From an uncultured Candidatus Saccharibacteria bacterium (GTDB lineage: Bacteria > Patescibacteriota > Saccharimonadia > UBA4664 > CAZJNH01): a stretch of 64,000 bases of DNA. The stretch lies in NCBI GenBank assembly GCA_964547425.1, contig CAZJNH010000001.1:5295-69294 (forward strand), in the 5' to 3' direction. The position numbers and the translations under genes are program-made. Positions within the stretch are counted from its first letter, which is position 1. Every line of letters begins with the position of its first letter. Shown one piece after another: positions 42,378-52,255 of the stretch. Below the pieces are notes generated by a model. The model was given only the letters and a program-made list of their open reading frames with translations, was not told the origin of the DNA and ran no database searches.

Positions 42378-45041
42378 TTACTTCGAGTGAGCCTGATGTT
42401 CAGGAGAGTTGATTAATCCGCATTTTTTGTACTTTAAACCGCTTCCGCAAGGACAAGGATCGTTGCGGCCTATCTTCTTTTTAGAATCTAGTGGAGAGGC
42501 GCTAGCAACGAGAGGTTTGGTAGTAGTAACGCCTGATTGTTTGCGCGTTGCCGGTTTCTTTTTGAATTCCTCTCCCCCTCCGCCAGTCAAAGCTTTCTCT
42601 GCGGCCTTGGTTAAGGCCGTTTCTACCGGCGCTTGCTGCTGCTGCATCGTAATCTCAACCTTAAAGATCGTAGCGGCGATTTCAGCCTCCATCGCCCCAA
42701 TTAACTGCTGAAACAACTTGTAACCCTCAGCTTTATACTCCACTAACGGGTCTTTTTGCCCGACAGCTCGCAGTCCAATACCCTCCCGTAATCCGGTCAT
42801 AGCATCTAGGTGCTCGATCCATAAATTATCCATCACACGAAGATACGTTAGACGCTCCGCCAGCTTCATTAGCTCCTGGCCAACTTGCTCCGTTCGCCAG
42901 TCATACAAAGCCTCCGCATGCTTCATTAATATATGGACGACCTCCTCCGGCAGTGATTTCTTGATCTGGGCAATCAGTTTGTCATCGAGTGGCACGATGT
43001 TCGCAACCGCCGTCACCACTTTGTCGTGGTCCATGACAGTAGTCCTAACGTCGGTGTGGGCGGTTACGATAGCCTTAAATTCGCCGTCAATCATCTCTAT
43101 AATTTCGGGTCGTAGGTTCTGGTTCTCGAGAGCTTTGCGACGTTTGGCGTAAATCACCTCACGGTGGCGGTTCATCACATCATCGTACTCAACCAGGTTT
43201 TTGCGGATATCGAAGTTGTGGCCTTCCACCTTTTTCTGGGCGCTCTCGATAGATTTTGACACCATCGAGTTCTCGATCGGCGTGTCATCATCGATCCCTA
43301 AACTGCCCATTAGTCCGGCAATGCGCTCACCGCCAAAAATCCGCATCAAATCATCTTCCAGCGACACGTAAAACCGGCTAAAACCAGGGTCGCCTTGCCG
43401 ACCAGAACGACCTCGCAGCTGATTGTCGATCCGGCGAGCTTCGTGGCGTTCCGACCCAACCACAGCCAACCCGCCGAGCTTATCGACGCCCTTTTCCAGC
43501 ACAATGTCGGTACCACGACCTGCAATGTTGGTCGCCAGTGTAACCGCGCCCTTTTGCCCGGCGCCTGCCACGATCGTAGCTTCTTTCTCGTTGTTCTTGG
43601 CGTTTAGGATTTCGTGAGGCACCTTCAGTTGTTTCAAGAAACTGCCTAATAATTCATTCTTCTCGATCGAAACCGTACCAATTAGCACCGGCTGGCCCTT
43701 GTCGTGCATCTCCTTCACGTCCATAGCGATCGCCCGAAACTTGCCCTCTTCGGTCTTATAAATCTTATCGGGGAAGTCCTGGCGAACCATATCGCGGTTG
43801 GTCGGGATTACCACCACGTCTAGCCCATAAATTTTGTGGAACTCCTCGCTCTCGGTCTCGGCGGTACCGGTCATTCCCGATAGTTTCTCGTACAACCGGA
43901 AGTAGTTCTGGAAGGTTATAGTCGCCAGCGTCAGTGACTCCTGCTGGATGTGTACTCCTTCCTTTGCCTCAACCGCCTGGTGCAAACCCTCGCTCCAGCG
44001 CCGGCCGGGCATTAACCGACCGGTAAACTCGTCGACAATAATAACTTCGTCGTCTCGCACCACGTAATCCCGGTCGCGGCGAAACAACGCCTTGGCCTTC
44101 AGCGCCTGCTCGATGTGGTGAACCTCGTCGATCCGCCCCGCCTCATAGATATTATCGACTCCCAGAGCCTTTTCGATCTTGGCGATCCCCTCATCGGTTA
44201 AGCTCGCGGCTTTGAGCTTTTCATCCAGCGTGTAATCTTTTTCCTCATTTAAAGTCTCCGAGAGTTTCGCGAACTGATAATACTTGTCGGTCGACTCTTC
44301 TGCTGGAGAAGAAATAATCAAAGGCGTTCGGGCTTCATCAATTAAAATCGAGTCGACTTCGTCCACGATCGCGAAATGCAGCGGCCTCTGGACCATTTTA
44401 GCCACATCATCCACCATGTTGTCACGCAAATAGTCAAAGCCAAATTCGTTGTTGGTTCCGTAGGTAATGTCGGCCTGATACGCCTCTTGCCGGCTAACTG
44501 GCTTCAAGCGCTTGAGCCGCTCATCGTCGTGGTCCGGATTATTAAATTTTGGGTCAAACAATAATGCCTGCTCATGAATAATCACTCCGGTGGTTAAGCC
44601 GAGTAAATTATAAATTTCGCCCATCCAGCCAGCGTCACGTTGCACCAGGTAATCGTTCACACTGACTACGTGGACACCTTTGCCCGTCAGCGCGTTTAAA
44701 TACACCGGCAGCGTGGCCACCAGCGTTTTACCCTCACCCGTCTTCATTTCGGCGATTTTACCCTCGTGGAGCACCATACCGCCTATTAACTGGACATCGT
44801 AATGCCGCTGCTTCAGCTTGCGTTTACCGGCCTCACGCACCAGCGCAAACGCCTCCGGCAATACGTCATCAAGAGTTTTACCGCCGACGATCTCTTTCTT
44901 AAGCCGCGCGGTCTCTTTAGATAAATCCTTAACTTTCTCAAACTTGGCTTCAAGATCGTTGATTTGGGCAACAATCGGCTCCAGACGCTTCACCGCCTTG
45001 GCGTTCTGATCCCCGAGTAGTTTGGTGATTAAATTCCGCAT
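42378..45041 (-). CDS. secA: Preprotein translocase ATPase SecA
   Basis: AEMKTGEGKTL, IVDEVDSILIDEARTPLI, C-terminal GRNDPCPCGSG.KYKKC. Confidence 0.99.
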   Translation of the reverse strand: MRNLITKLLGDQNAKAVKRLEPIVAQINDLEAKFEKVKDLSKETARLKKEIVGGKTLDDVLPEAFALVREAGKRKLKQRHYDVQLIGGMVLHEGKIAEMKTGEGKTLVATLPVYLNALTGKGVHVVSVNDYLVQRDAGWMGEIYNLLGLTTGVIIHEQALLFDPKFNNPDHDDERLKRLKPVSRQEAYQADITYGTNNEFGFDYLRDNMVDDVAKMVQRPLHFAIVDEVDSILIDEARTPLIISSPAEESTDKYYQFAKLSETLNEEKDYTLDEKLKAASLTDEGIAKIEKALGVDNIYEAGRIDEVHHIEQALKAKALFRRDRDYVVRDDEVIIVDEFTGRLMPGRRWSEGLHQAVEAKEGVHIQQESLTLATITFQNYFRLYEKLSGMTGTAETESEEFHKIYGLDVVVIPTNRDMVRQDFPDKIYKTEEGKFRAIAMDVKEMHDKGQPVLIGTVSIEKNELLGSFLKQLKVPHEILNAKNNEKEATIVAGAGQKGAVTLATNIAGRGTDIVLEKGVDKLGGLAVVGSERHEARRIDNQLRGRSGRQGDPGFSRFYVSLEDDLMRIFGGERIAGLMGSLGIDDDTPIENSMVSKSIESAQKKVEGHNFDIRKNLVEYDDVMNRHREVIYAKRRKALENQNLRPEIIEMIDGEFKAIVTAHTDVRTTVMDHDKVVTAVANIVPLDDKLIAQIKKSLPEEVVHILMKHAEALYDWRTEQVGQELMKLAERLTYLRVMDNLWIEHLDAMTGLREGIGLRAVGQKDPLVEYKAEGYKLFQQLIGAMEAEIAATIFKVEITMQQQQAPVETALTKAAEKALTGGGGEEFKKKPATRKQSGVTTTKPLVASASPLDSKKKIGRNDPCPCGSGLKYKKCGLINSPEHQAHSK

Positions 45042-45073
45042 AATAACCGTAAAATCCTACCATTTTCAGGAGT

Positions 45074-45112
45074 AAAACAAAAGAGTCCCACACCGTATTG
45101 GTGTGAGACTCT
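45074..45112 (-). terminator. Rho-independent terminator
   Basis: AGAGTCTCACACC-AATAC-GGTGTGGGACTCT followed by TTTGTTTT. Confidence 0.75.
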
Positions 45113-45125
45113 GTCCTCTTTGTTG

Positions 45126-45476
45126 CTAGCCGAGGAGCTCGCCTGGCGATCCCTGAATGGATGGCTCGCGAACTTCGACGTTGAACTCGAACATCTCCAT
45201 CTTCCCCTCGTATGAGTAGGAAGAGCCGGGGGGAATGATGAATAGGTCATTTGCCTCGGCCCTGAAAGACTTCTCTTCGAAGTGGAACCAGCCCTCACCG
45301 GAGATGATGAAGTAGACGCGAGCGGCGTCAACTTCCTTCAACGGGTGTTGGCCCTCGACGTGGGCACGTAGGGCTGTGAAGCCCAGGTCGCCAAACTCGG
45401 CAACGTACTTCCATCCACCATAGTCTCCGCGGTCGAAGTGCTCGATGTCTTCCAGTCTGACTCTGTGAGCGTTCAT
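45126..45476 (-). CDS. Cupin-fold protein
   Basis: RVYFIISGEG.F, DLFIIPPG..YSY.G; start reset to ATG 45476 behind AAAGGAGAGG. Confidence 0.75.
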   Translation of the reverse strand: MNAHRVRLEDIEHFDRGDYGGWKYVAEFGDLGFTALRAHVEGQHPLKEVDAARVYFIISGEGWFHFEEKSFRAEANDLFIIPPGSSYSYEGKMEMFEFNVEVREPSIQGSPGELLG

Positions 45477-45480
45477 TCCT

Positions 45481-45512
45481 CTCCTTTGGTCGGAAATGAA
45501 AATGGCTGCGGA
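45481..45512 (-). repeat. 32-nt gene-leader direct repeat, copy 2
   Basis: TCCGCAGCCATTTTCATTTCCGACCAAAGGAG; 31/32 identical to 45735-45766. Confidence 0.85.
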
Positions 45513-45513
45513 A

Positions 45514-45729
45514 TTAGTACCTCTTGATCCCACCGATCGCTCCGGCAATCACCACTATCAGTGGTAGGCCGAAGAGAAACCCCTCCGCCGCAGCAGCGAA
45601 CCCGCCGTGGCTGATTGCGGCTACATTGGCCGACCAGTCAGCAACAAACAGGAGCTCCCAGACCGCCACGGTGATCAACAGGATCCACCATACCGGGTCG
45701 GGACTGAAGAACAACCTAAACCGTCGCAA
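45514..45729 (-). CDS. Small two-TM hypothetical protein
   Basis: 71 aa, TTG start behind AAAGGAG; two hydrophobic helices. Confidence 0.7.
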   Translation of the reverse strand: MRRFRLFFSPDPVWWILLITVAVWELLFVADWSANVAAISHGGFAAAAEGFLFGLPLIVVIAGAIGGIKRY

Positions 45730-45734
45730 CTTTG

Positions 45735-45766
45735 CTCCTTTGCTCGGAAATGAAAATGGCTGCGGA
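45735..45766 (-). repeat. 32-nt gene-leader direct repeat, copy 1
   Basis: TCCGCAGCCATTTTCATTTCCGAGCAAAGGAG. Confidence 0.85.
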
Positions 45767-45909
45767 GCTGGTTACTGCAACAGTTACGGGAAAGTTAGGA
45801 AAAGCGTTTCAAGTTTGTAAGTTTGGGCTTTTCTAACTGAAAACCATAAAGAGAAAATAACCAGGTCTGCAGCCACTTGGGCTAGCAACTCAAAGAACGA
45901 ATGGGCACA

Positions 45910-45938
45910 AGTATACCAAAGCATTACCCTTTTGTCAA
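45910..45938 (-). promoter_or_regulatory. Sigma70 promoter followed by a boxA-like element
   Basis: TTGACA-17-TATACT with TG; TCGTTCTTTGAG at 45900-45889. Confidence 0.75.
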
Positions 45939-45958
45939 CCCTTCTACACCGCTCAGGG

Positions 45959-46330
45959 CTAGGAGGACTCTTCTTCGTGGCCGAAAAGGTTGCGAACGGC
46001 GGTACGAACCCGGCGTTTTTCGCCTTGGTGCTTGTCTTTGTATTTCAGAAACTGGATTTTAGCCTTAGCCTCAACAATGTCGACGGCGGCGTAAAAACTG
46101 ACCGTTGCCTCCTTGGCCATAACCTCATGACCTGGCAATTTCACAATAAATTCACAGACAAACCGATTGTCCTCGCGCCCGCTAACGTCTTCTTCGAGGA
46201 CTACCTTTCCTGCCGGATTTTTGGTATTGCGCGGCAAATACTTATCCAATCGACCCAATTTGTGCTCAATATAGCGTTTAATCTTTTCGTCCAGCTCGTA
46301 ATTCAGACCCGTAATGTGCAGTTTGATCAT
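45959..46330 (-). CDS. raiA: Ribosome hibernation factor (HPF/RaiA)
   Basis: I.ITG.N.EL...IKRYIE.KLG.LDKY, FYAAVD.V..K...Q..KYK. Confidence 0.88.
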   Translation of the reverse strand: MIKLHITGLNYELDEKIKRYIEHKLGRLDKYLPRNTKNPAGKVVLEEDVSGREDNRFVCEFIVKLPGHEVMAKEATVSFYAAVDIVEAKAKIQFLKYKDKHQGEKRRVRTAVRNLFGHEEESS

Positions 46331-47544
46331 AAGTGCTTCCCTCCGTAATATTTCGCCAGCTTAGCCGACAATTCCACCTTGCCGTCCTTGTGGTGGTTTT
46401 CGATCACCGCTATCAGCGCCCGGCTGGTGGCAATCGCCGTGGCGTTTAGCGTATGCACCGGCTCATTGCCTTTCTCGCCCTTGGTCCGAATATTAAGCCG
46501 CCGAGCCTGGAAATCGGTACAGTTACTAGCGCTGGTTAACTCTCGGTACTCGCCATCCGCCGGGCTCCAATACTCCAGGTCGTATTTCTGGTAGGCCGGC
46601 GCGCTCATATCGCCCGCCGCGGTTCGAGTTACCCGGTACGGTACACCCAAAGCCTGGACTATGTCTTCTTCTAATTTCACTAATTTTTCGAGAGTTTTAT
46701 GGCTTTCGTCTGGAGCGCAAAAAACGTACATTTCGAGTTTGTTGAATTGATGGACCCGGAAAAGACCCTTCGAATGCTTGCCGTAAGCGCCCGCTTCCCT
46801 CCTGTAGGCTGGTGACAATGCGGCGTACAGCTTGGGCAATTGTTCGGCCGGAATAATTTCGTCGGCATGAAATCCAGTCAGCGGGATCTCGGCAGTTGCG
46901 ATCAGATGCAGATCTTCGTTATCGACGCTGTAAACCTGTTTCTCCTCCCCTCGAGGCAAAAAACCGGTGCCGGCAGAGACCCGGCTGTTAGCCAGATGAG
47001 GCACGCTCATCAGCGTAAACCCAGCCTCGGCCACCATATCCATCGCCAGATGAACGATCGCCCGCTCAAGCTTAACCGCTTCGCCTATGAGGTAGTAAAA
47101 CCTGCTTCCTGCGACCTTCGCGCCTCGTTCAAAATCGATTAATCCTCTCTGTTCCAAAAAGGTTAGGTGGTCTACCCCGCCGGCTTTTTTAGGTTTGCCC
47201 CACTTCCGCTCGACTTTGTTGGCATCCTCCCCTCCCTTTGGGGTATCCTTGGCCATCAGATTAGGCACCGACAGCAGCATCTCTTCCAGTTCGGTGTCGG
47301 CGCTGATCTGCTCCGCCTCCTTGACCGTTAGAACCGCTTTAACCTTTTGCAGTTTCTCGAGCGCCGCTTTGTCCGGTTTGCCTTTGAGGTTAAGCTGGGA
47401 ACGCAGTTCATCAACATCCTGAATCAGCTTTAGCCGCTCCTCATCAAGCTTCTTGATACGAGCAAAATCGACCTTAAGCCCACGCAGTTTGGCCGATTCT
47501 TCGTAATCACGGGGGTGCTCCCGGAAGTGTTTAATATCGATCAT
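46327..47544 (-). CDS. serS: Serine--tRNA ligase
   Basis: MIDIK, LIATAE, YRREAG, GLFRVHQFNKLE, ELTSASNCTDFQARR, HTLNAT. Confidence 0.98.
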   Translation of the reverse strand: MIDIKHFREHPRDYEESAKLRGLKVDFARIKKLDEERLKLIQDVDELRSQLNLKGKPDKAALEKLQKVKAVLTVKEAEQISADTELEEMLLSVPNLMAKDTPKGGEDANKVERKWGKPKKAGGVDHLTFLEQRGLIDFERGAKVAGSRFYYLIGEAVKLERAIVHLAMDMVAEAGFTLMSVPHLANSRVSAGTGFLPRGEEKQVYSVDNEDLHLIATAEIPLTGFHADEIIPAEQLPKLYAALSPAYRREAGAYGKHSKGLFRVHQFNKLEMYVFCAPDESHKTLEKLVKLEEDIVQALGVPYRVTRTAAGDMSAPAYQKYDLEYWSPADGEYRELTSASNCTDFQARRLNIRTKGEKGNEPVHTLNATAIATSRALIAVIENHHKDGKVELSAKLAKYYGGKHL

Positions 47545-47575
47545 TTGATCTCAAGTATACCAGCTTTTGGCTGTC

Positions 47576-49033
47576 TTAAGCCTTCAGGCGGAGGCGGTTT
47601 AGGACGAATTTACGGTCTAGGGTCTCGAGGAACCAGCCTGCTCTGGGACCGCTATCTTTGCCCAGTAACACCTTATAAACGGCCTGGAAGGCCTCTATTG
47701 GCCTCAAATCGGCCTTCTCGCGGCAAGCATAAACAAGATCGTGAATTCCCTGCCCCGTCAGGTCTTCTTCCTTCTCGAGACCATCCGCCAGATCTGCCAA
47801 AAACGCCTTCTGGTCGCCTGATAGATCGATCTTCGGCAGTTTCTCCTGAACCTCGAATTTCACCTCTTCCGGGGCGTATTTGGCCAGCCAATGCTTAACG
47901 TAGTCCAATTCCCTCGTAAGTACCGCTTTTTGGTCCTTTACCGCCGCCTCGTAGCCTGTTCTCTCTAAGATTTCAGACACCTGATCAGGCTTGCCTAGCG
48001 CCGCTTGGTACGACGCTACCAAATGGCTAAAAGGTACGGAGGAGATGGTTTGCTCCTTGGTTCCGCCGCTGGCGATCTCATACGCCCTGCGGAACTCGTG
48101 GAATTCGTTGGACCTGACCGCCTGTTCGATCTGGGAGTACTCTTCGATCAGGTTATATATGCCCAACCCGGAATCGAACTGCAACGTCCGCTCCGGCCGG
48201 CTTTTGAGTATGAAGTAACGCAAGATCTCGGCCGGCATAACTTTAAGTACGTCCGCCGGAGTTAGGCCGGTGCCGGCTGAAGCGCTCATTTTTTTGCTCT
48301 GGCCCTTAGGGTTAATAAATTCGTAGGGAACAGGATAAGGCGCTTCGCCGCTAAATACCTGTTTGACCAATTCCTTACCCGAGTCATAAGATCCGCCTTT
48401 TGAAGCATGGTCGCGGCCGAAAGGTTCAACCTGCACACCATAAAGCGCCCAGCGGGCCGGCCAGTCCAGCCGCCAGCTTAGTTTCGTCGTTCCATCTGGA
48501 TATTCGTCAATAGGTGTCCAGTCCTCCGGCAACTTGCGGCCGGTGACCTCGGTGATTATCTTTTTAACTGCGTCGAGCTTTTCGGTGACTTTGGCGATGG
48601 AGTCATTGAATTTGCCAGCTTCGTAGAGTTCGTGGCTGCGTAAAACCTCCATATCGATTTTGAGAGGTTCGATAACATCCAAAAATTCCGCTAAATAGTG
48701 CTCGGCATAACTTTTGTGGCAGTTATTGGGATCGGGCACAGCATTTAAGGTTTGTCCGATAAATTCATTGTATTTTTCGGGCACCCCGGCCGGAACTTTC
48801 CGGAAAGGATCTAAATCGTCGCAAAAATGCAGATGCCTGGCTTCTCTTCCTGCTTCTTTGAGAGCATAAGTAACCGCGTCAGCGGTCAGAACTTCTCGCA
48901 AATGCCCAACGTGATAAATTCCTGATGGCGCCACGCCACTCGAGACAATAATTTCACCCTTCGGGTGCTTATCGATAATGTCCGCCACCACGATATCCAG
49001 CCAGTATTTAGAGCCGCTCGCCTGCTTTTCCAT
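47576..49033 (-). CDS. lysS: Lysine--tRNA ligase, class I
   Basis: SG..PSG.YHVGHLRE, DDLDPFRKVP, WRLDWPARW, EPFGRDH, KMSAS, GPRAG; start likely at ATG 49033. Confidence 0.95.
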   Translation of the reverse strand: MEKQASGSKYWLDIVVADIIDKHPKGEIIVSSGVAPSGIYHVGHLREVLTADAVTYALKEAGREARHLHFCDDLDPFRKVPAGVPEKYNEFIGQTLNAVPDPNNCHKSYAEHYLAEFLDVIEPLKIDMEVLRSHELYEAGKFNDSIAKVTEKLDAVKKIITEVTGRKLPEDWTPIDEYPDGTTKLSWRLDWPARWALYGVQVEPFGRDHASKGGSYDSGKELVKQVFSGEAPYPVPYEFINPKGQSKKMSASAGTGLTPADVLKVMPAEILRYFILKSRPERTLQFDSGLGIYNLIEEYSQIEQAVRSNEFHEFRRAYEIASGGTKEQTISSVPFSHLVASYQAALGKPDQVSEILERTGYEAAVKDQKAVLTRELDYVKHWLAKYAPEEVKFEVQEKLPKIDLSGDQKAFLADLADGLEKEEDLTGQGIHDLVYACREKADLRPIEAFQAVYKVLLGKDSGPRAGWFLETLDRKFVLNRLRLKA

Positions 49034-49100
49034 CTGCCTCATTGTAAAACAAAAGAACCCGTTTCAGGGTTCTTTAGAAGTTTGTAATTCTCTAATCTGT

Positions 49101-49129
49101 TAAGGGTGTAACCCTTTTCAGGTTGGCGA
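49101..49129. repeat. REP-like short palindromic repeat, copy 2
   Basis: Reverse complement TCGCCAACCTGAAAAGGGTTACACCCTTA is 26/29 identical to 456-484. Confidence 0.6.
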
Positions 49130-49137
49130 TTTACAAG

Positions 49138-49611
49138 TTACTCGATTTTGAGGATTTTGTAGGTCATGGTGCCGGACGGGACTTTGACTTCAACTTCGTC
49201 GCCGGCCTTGCAGCCCATTAAGGCCATGCCGATCGGGGATTCATTCGAGATTTTGCCCTCTTCGGGGTTGGCTTCGGTTGAGCCAACGATAGTGTATTTC
49301 TGCTTGCCTTCCTCGAGTTCGACGTGCACGGTAGTGCCCAAGTCGACGGTGTCTTTTTTGCGCGGCGACTCAATGATCGAAGCGTGCTTTAAGATGTGGT
49401 CGATTTCGGCGATACGGCCTTCAATGAAAGCCTGCTGGTCCTTGGCGTCATCCCACTGGATGTTTTCCGAGAGGTCGCCGTACTCTTTGGCCTCACGCAG
49501 TTTGACGGCGATCTTTTGCCTCTGGTTGCCGGTTAAATCCTCCAGCTCTTCCTTCAGCTTGTCGATACCATCCTTGGTCAGGTAATACTCTTTTTTGATG
49601 CTGTTGTTCAT
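49138..49611 (-). CDS. greA: Transcription elongation factor GreA
   Basis: YLT..G..KLKEEL, GDLSEN, ISNESPIG.AL; TTGACA-17-CAAAAT promoter at 49720-49692. Confidence 0.97.
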   Translation of the reverse strand: MNNSIKKEYYLTKDGIDKLKEELEDLTGNQRQKIAVKLREAKEYGDLSENIQWDDAKDQQAFIEGRIAEIDHILKHASIIESPRKKDTVDLGTTVHVELEEGKQKYTIVGSTEANPEEGKISNESPIGMALMGCKAGDEVEVKVPSGTMTYKILKIE

Positions 49612-49781
49612 ATCTTTTCCTTCCCCTCTCTTCTGATAAAAAAGCCCGGTTCGACCCGAGACCTGCGGTAATTTCTGTTATTTGCTAATTGATTTTGGCC
49701 CCGCTTTCAAAAAGTGTCAATAGTTACTATTGTCAAAAATCTTTAGAAACAGTTATGTCTCCTGAAGACCGATTTAACAGA

Positions 49782-51755
49782 TTATTTGCGGTGTTTCGTG
49801 AAGTACCATTGGAGCGTTTCTTTAACCGCCGGCCCGGCCCAAACCGACCCTTCACCGGCGTTTTCAATTAGCGCCACAATTTCGATTCTGGGGTGGTCGT
49901 ACGGCGCGAAGGCAGTAAACCAGGCGTGCGGTTTTCGGTGGCCGTTGGGGTCGGTTTCGGCGGTGCCGGTCTTGGCCGCGACCGCTACCGGGAACTTATC
50001 GCCGAAAACGAAGTGGGCGGTACCGGCCGTTACTACCAGCCGCATGGCGTTGCGGACGATTTGTAAGTTGGCCTGATCGATGAAGTTTTGCCGGACAAGA
50101 GTTGGCTTAAAGTTTTGGCTTACCTTATCACCGTCAAATACCTGATCAAGCAGCTTTGGCTGATACACCTTACCGCCGTTTGCTACCGCCGCCTCGGCCA
50201 CCGCCATTTGGAGCGGCGAGGCTAGAAAATCTCCTTGGCCGACGCCCATATTGTAAGTGTCGCCCAAATACCAGGTTTCACCGGTCGCCTGTTTTTTCCA
50301 CTCAGGGGTCGGAACTCGGCCACTGGTCTCCCCTGGCACGTCGATACCGGTCGTCTCCCCCAGCCCAAACTTGTGCATGTACTCGGCTAGTTTCGTGGCG
50401 CCAATGCCTTTAATCGGGCCGAAGCCGCCGGCCACCGTATAGAAAAAAATGTTTGATGATAGTTGGATGGCGCGGGTAATATTAACAATCCCTAATCCTC
50501 CAGGCTCGTAGCTGTGAAATACGTATTTGATTTTCGGATTGTACCGGTTAGGAATTTCCAGGCCGGCACCGGTGTCATCAACGGTGGTTTCGGGCGTTAC
50601 CACATGTTCTTGGAGAACCGACGAGGCCACAATCGGCTTGATGATCGACCCGGTGGGATAGGCCCCGCCGATGGCTTTGTTAAACAGCGGCTCGGCGGGG
50701 TTATTGAGAAGTTGGTTGTAGTCCGACTGCTTAATGCCGTTGGTAAACAAATTGCCGTTGTAACTCGGCAGACTCACAGCCGCCAAGACTTCGCCGGTTC
50801 GCGGGTCGATCGCGACTCCGGCTGCCTGGGTCGAACCCGCCCGCCGCATTTGTTTTTGGAGCGCGGCGGCGAAGACTTTTTCCAAACCAAAATCGATGGT
50901 TAAGCGAATGTCGTGGCCGATCTGGGCCGGGACCGAGGCCAGGACTTTGACGGGGTTGCCCTGGGCGTCAACCTCGATTTGCTGGCTGCCGCTGCGGCCA
51001 CGCAAAATCTGTTCGTACTGGCGCTCGATGCCAAGCTTGCCGATGTAGTCGGTCTGCAAATAACTGGGGTCCTGGGCCAAATCGTCCTGGCTCACCCGGC
51101 CGATGTAGCCGAGAAAGTGGCTGAGCAACCCACCATCCAGGTACTGGCGCGTCGGGTTAACGTCGAGATGAAAGCCCGGCAGTTTGGGCAGGTCCTGCTC
51201 CACTAGCAATGCCTGGTCGCGGGTTAAGCCCGAGGCGATTAGTTCGGGCTGGAGCGGATTGAGTTTTTTGTTTTCGGAAATTGCGGCGATCTTGGCGGGC
51301 CTCATCTTCAGCAGCTGCCCTAAACGGCTGTACGCCGCCTGCCGGTCGCTGTCTGATTTGGCCAGCAAACTGGGGGTGACGCTAACATCAAAGGCCGGGA
51401 TGTTTTTTACCAGCGCCACGCCGTTTCGGTCGTAGATTGCTCCCCGCGGCGCCCGGTCGATCTTCTCCCGAATCCGGTTGCCTTCGGCCAGGCCGAGGTT
51501 TCGCGCGCCTTGAATAATTTGCAGGCTAAACAGCCGGCTGGTTAAAAGCCCGACTAAAACGACCGCAAACACCGACAACAGTACTACCGGGCGGCGATTA
51601 AACCGCTCTTCGATTTTGCCGGCGTCCCGGTCGCCTTTCATCATGGCCTCCGGCCCAATCTCCTGGCCCTCGCTGCCTTTCTTGACCTTAAGTTTCCCGC
51701 CGCGCGGCATTTTGTGGTCGTCGAGGCTAAATTTGGGACCGAATTTGGCGCTCAC
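49782..51755 (-). CDS. mrdA: Penicillin-binding protein 2
   Basis: APRGAIYDRNG, GKLGIE, LTID, GSIIK, SSN, KTGTAE; follows mreD; start set to the GTG overlapping the mreD stop. Confidence 0.93.
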   Translation of the reverse strand: MSAKFGPKFSLDDHKMPRGGKLKVKKGSEGQEIGPEAMMKGDRDAGKIEERFNRRPVVLLSVFAVVLVGLLTSRLFSLQIIQGARNLGLAEGNRIREKIDRAPRGAIYDRNGVALVKNIPAFDVSVTPSLLAKSDSDRQAAYSRLGQLLKMRPAKIAAISENKKLNPLQPELIASGLTRDQALLVEQDLPKLPGFHLDVNPTRQYLDGGLLSHFLGYIGRVSQDDLAQDPSYLQTDYIGKLGIERQYEQILRGRSGSQQIEVDAQGNPVKVLASVPAQIGHDIRLTIDFGLEKVFAAALQKQMRRAGSTQAAGVAIDPRTGEVLAAVSLPSYNGNLFTNGIKQSDYNQLLNNPAEPLFNKAIGGAYPTGSIIKPIVASSVLQEHVVTPETTVDDTGAGLEIPNRYNPKIKYVFHSYEPGGLGIVNITRAIQLSSNIFFYTVAGGFGPIKGIGATKLAEYMHKFGLGETTGIDVPGETSGRVPTPEWKKQATGETWYLGDTYNMGVGQGDFLASPLQMAVAEAAVANGGKVYQPKLLDQVFDGDKVSQNFKPTLVRQNFIDQANLQIVRNAMRLVVTAGTAHFVFGDKFPVAVAAKTGTAETDPNGHRKPHAWFTAFAPYDHPRIEIVALIENAGEGSVWAGPAVKETLQWYFTKHRK

Positions 51756-52255
51756 GAAGCCAACACCCCTTCCGGCGGCAGCCGCAGCAGTCTCATCCAC
51801 AGCCGGTGAAAAACGACGGTCAATAGCAAGTTAAGCAGCAGCTCCAGGCCGATCAGCCGGCCAACTGTTAGCCAGGGAATCTGGGTTCTCCCGAGAATTA
51901 AACTGCCCAGAACGGCGAAGTTGTAGCCGACCGTGCCGAGCGCTACTATCGCGGCCGCACTGCCGAGATTCTCACTGGCCGCGCCGGCCTGCCGCAAAAA
52001 AACCACCGCTAAGGCGTAGAAACTATAAAAGGCCATCCGTAAACCAAAGTCCGCCCCGCTGGCAAAATCAAGCAGCAGCCCGCCAACTAACGCCGCCGCC
52101 AGGGTTTGGCTGGCCGGACGCATCAAAGCAAAATAAGTAATAGTAATAAGCAACAAGTTTGGCAGTACCCCCAGCGGCCGGGCGGCGCCCAGGAAGTTAA
52201 TCTGCAGCCAGACCGTAACAATTAGGACCGCGGCAGCAGCTATCGTGTATCTCAC
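51752..52255 (-). CDS. mreD: Rod shape-determining protein MreD
   Basis: Hydrophobic; PNLLL and GGLLLD motifs; between mreC and mrdA. Confidence 0.85.
   Translation of the reverse strand: MRYTIAAAAVLIVTVWLQINFLGAARPLGVLPNLLLITITYFALMRPASQTLAAALVGGLLLDFASGADFGLRMAFYSFYALAVVFLRQAGAASENLGSAAAIVALGTVGYNFAVLGSLILGRTQIPWLTVGRLIGLELLLNLLLTVVFHRLWMRLLRLPPEGVLAS

Noticed and set aside
45481-45766. 32-nt direct repeats as a mini CRISPR array
   Set aside because: The spacing is 254 nt and contains a gene, the repeats end in an SD, and no cas genes are present.
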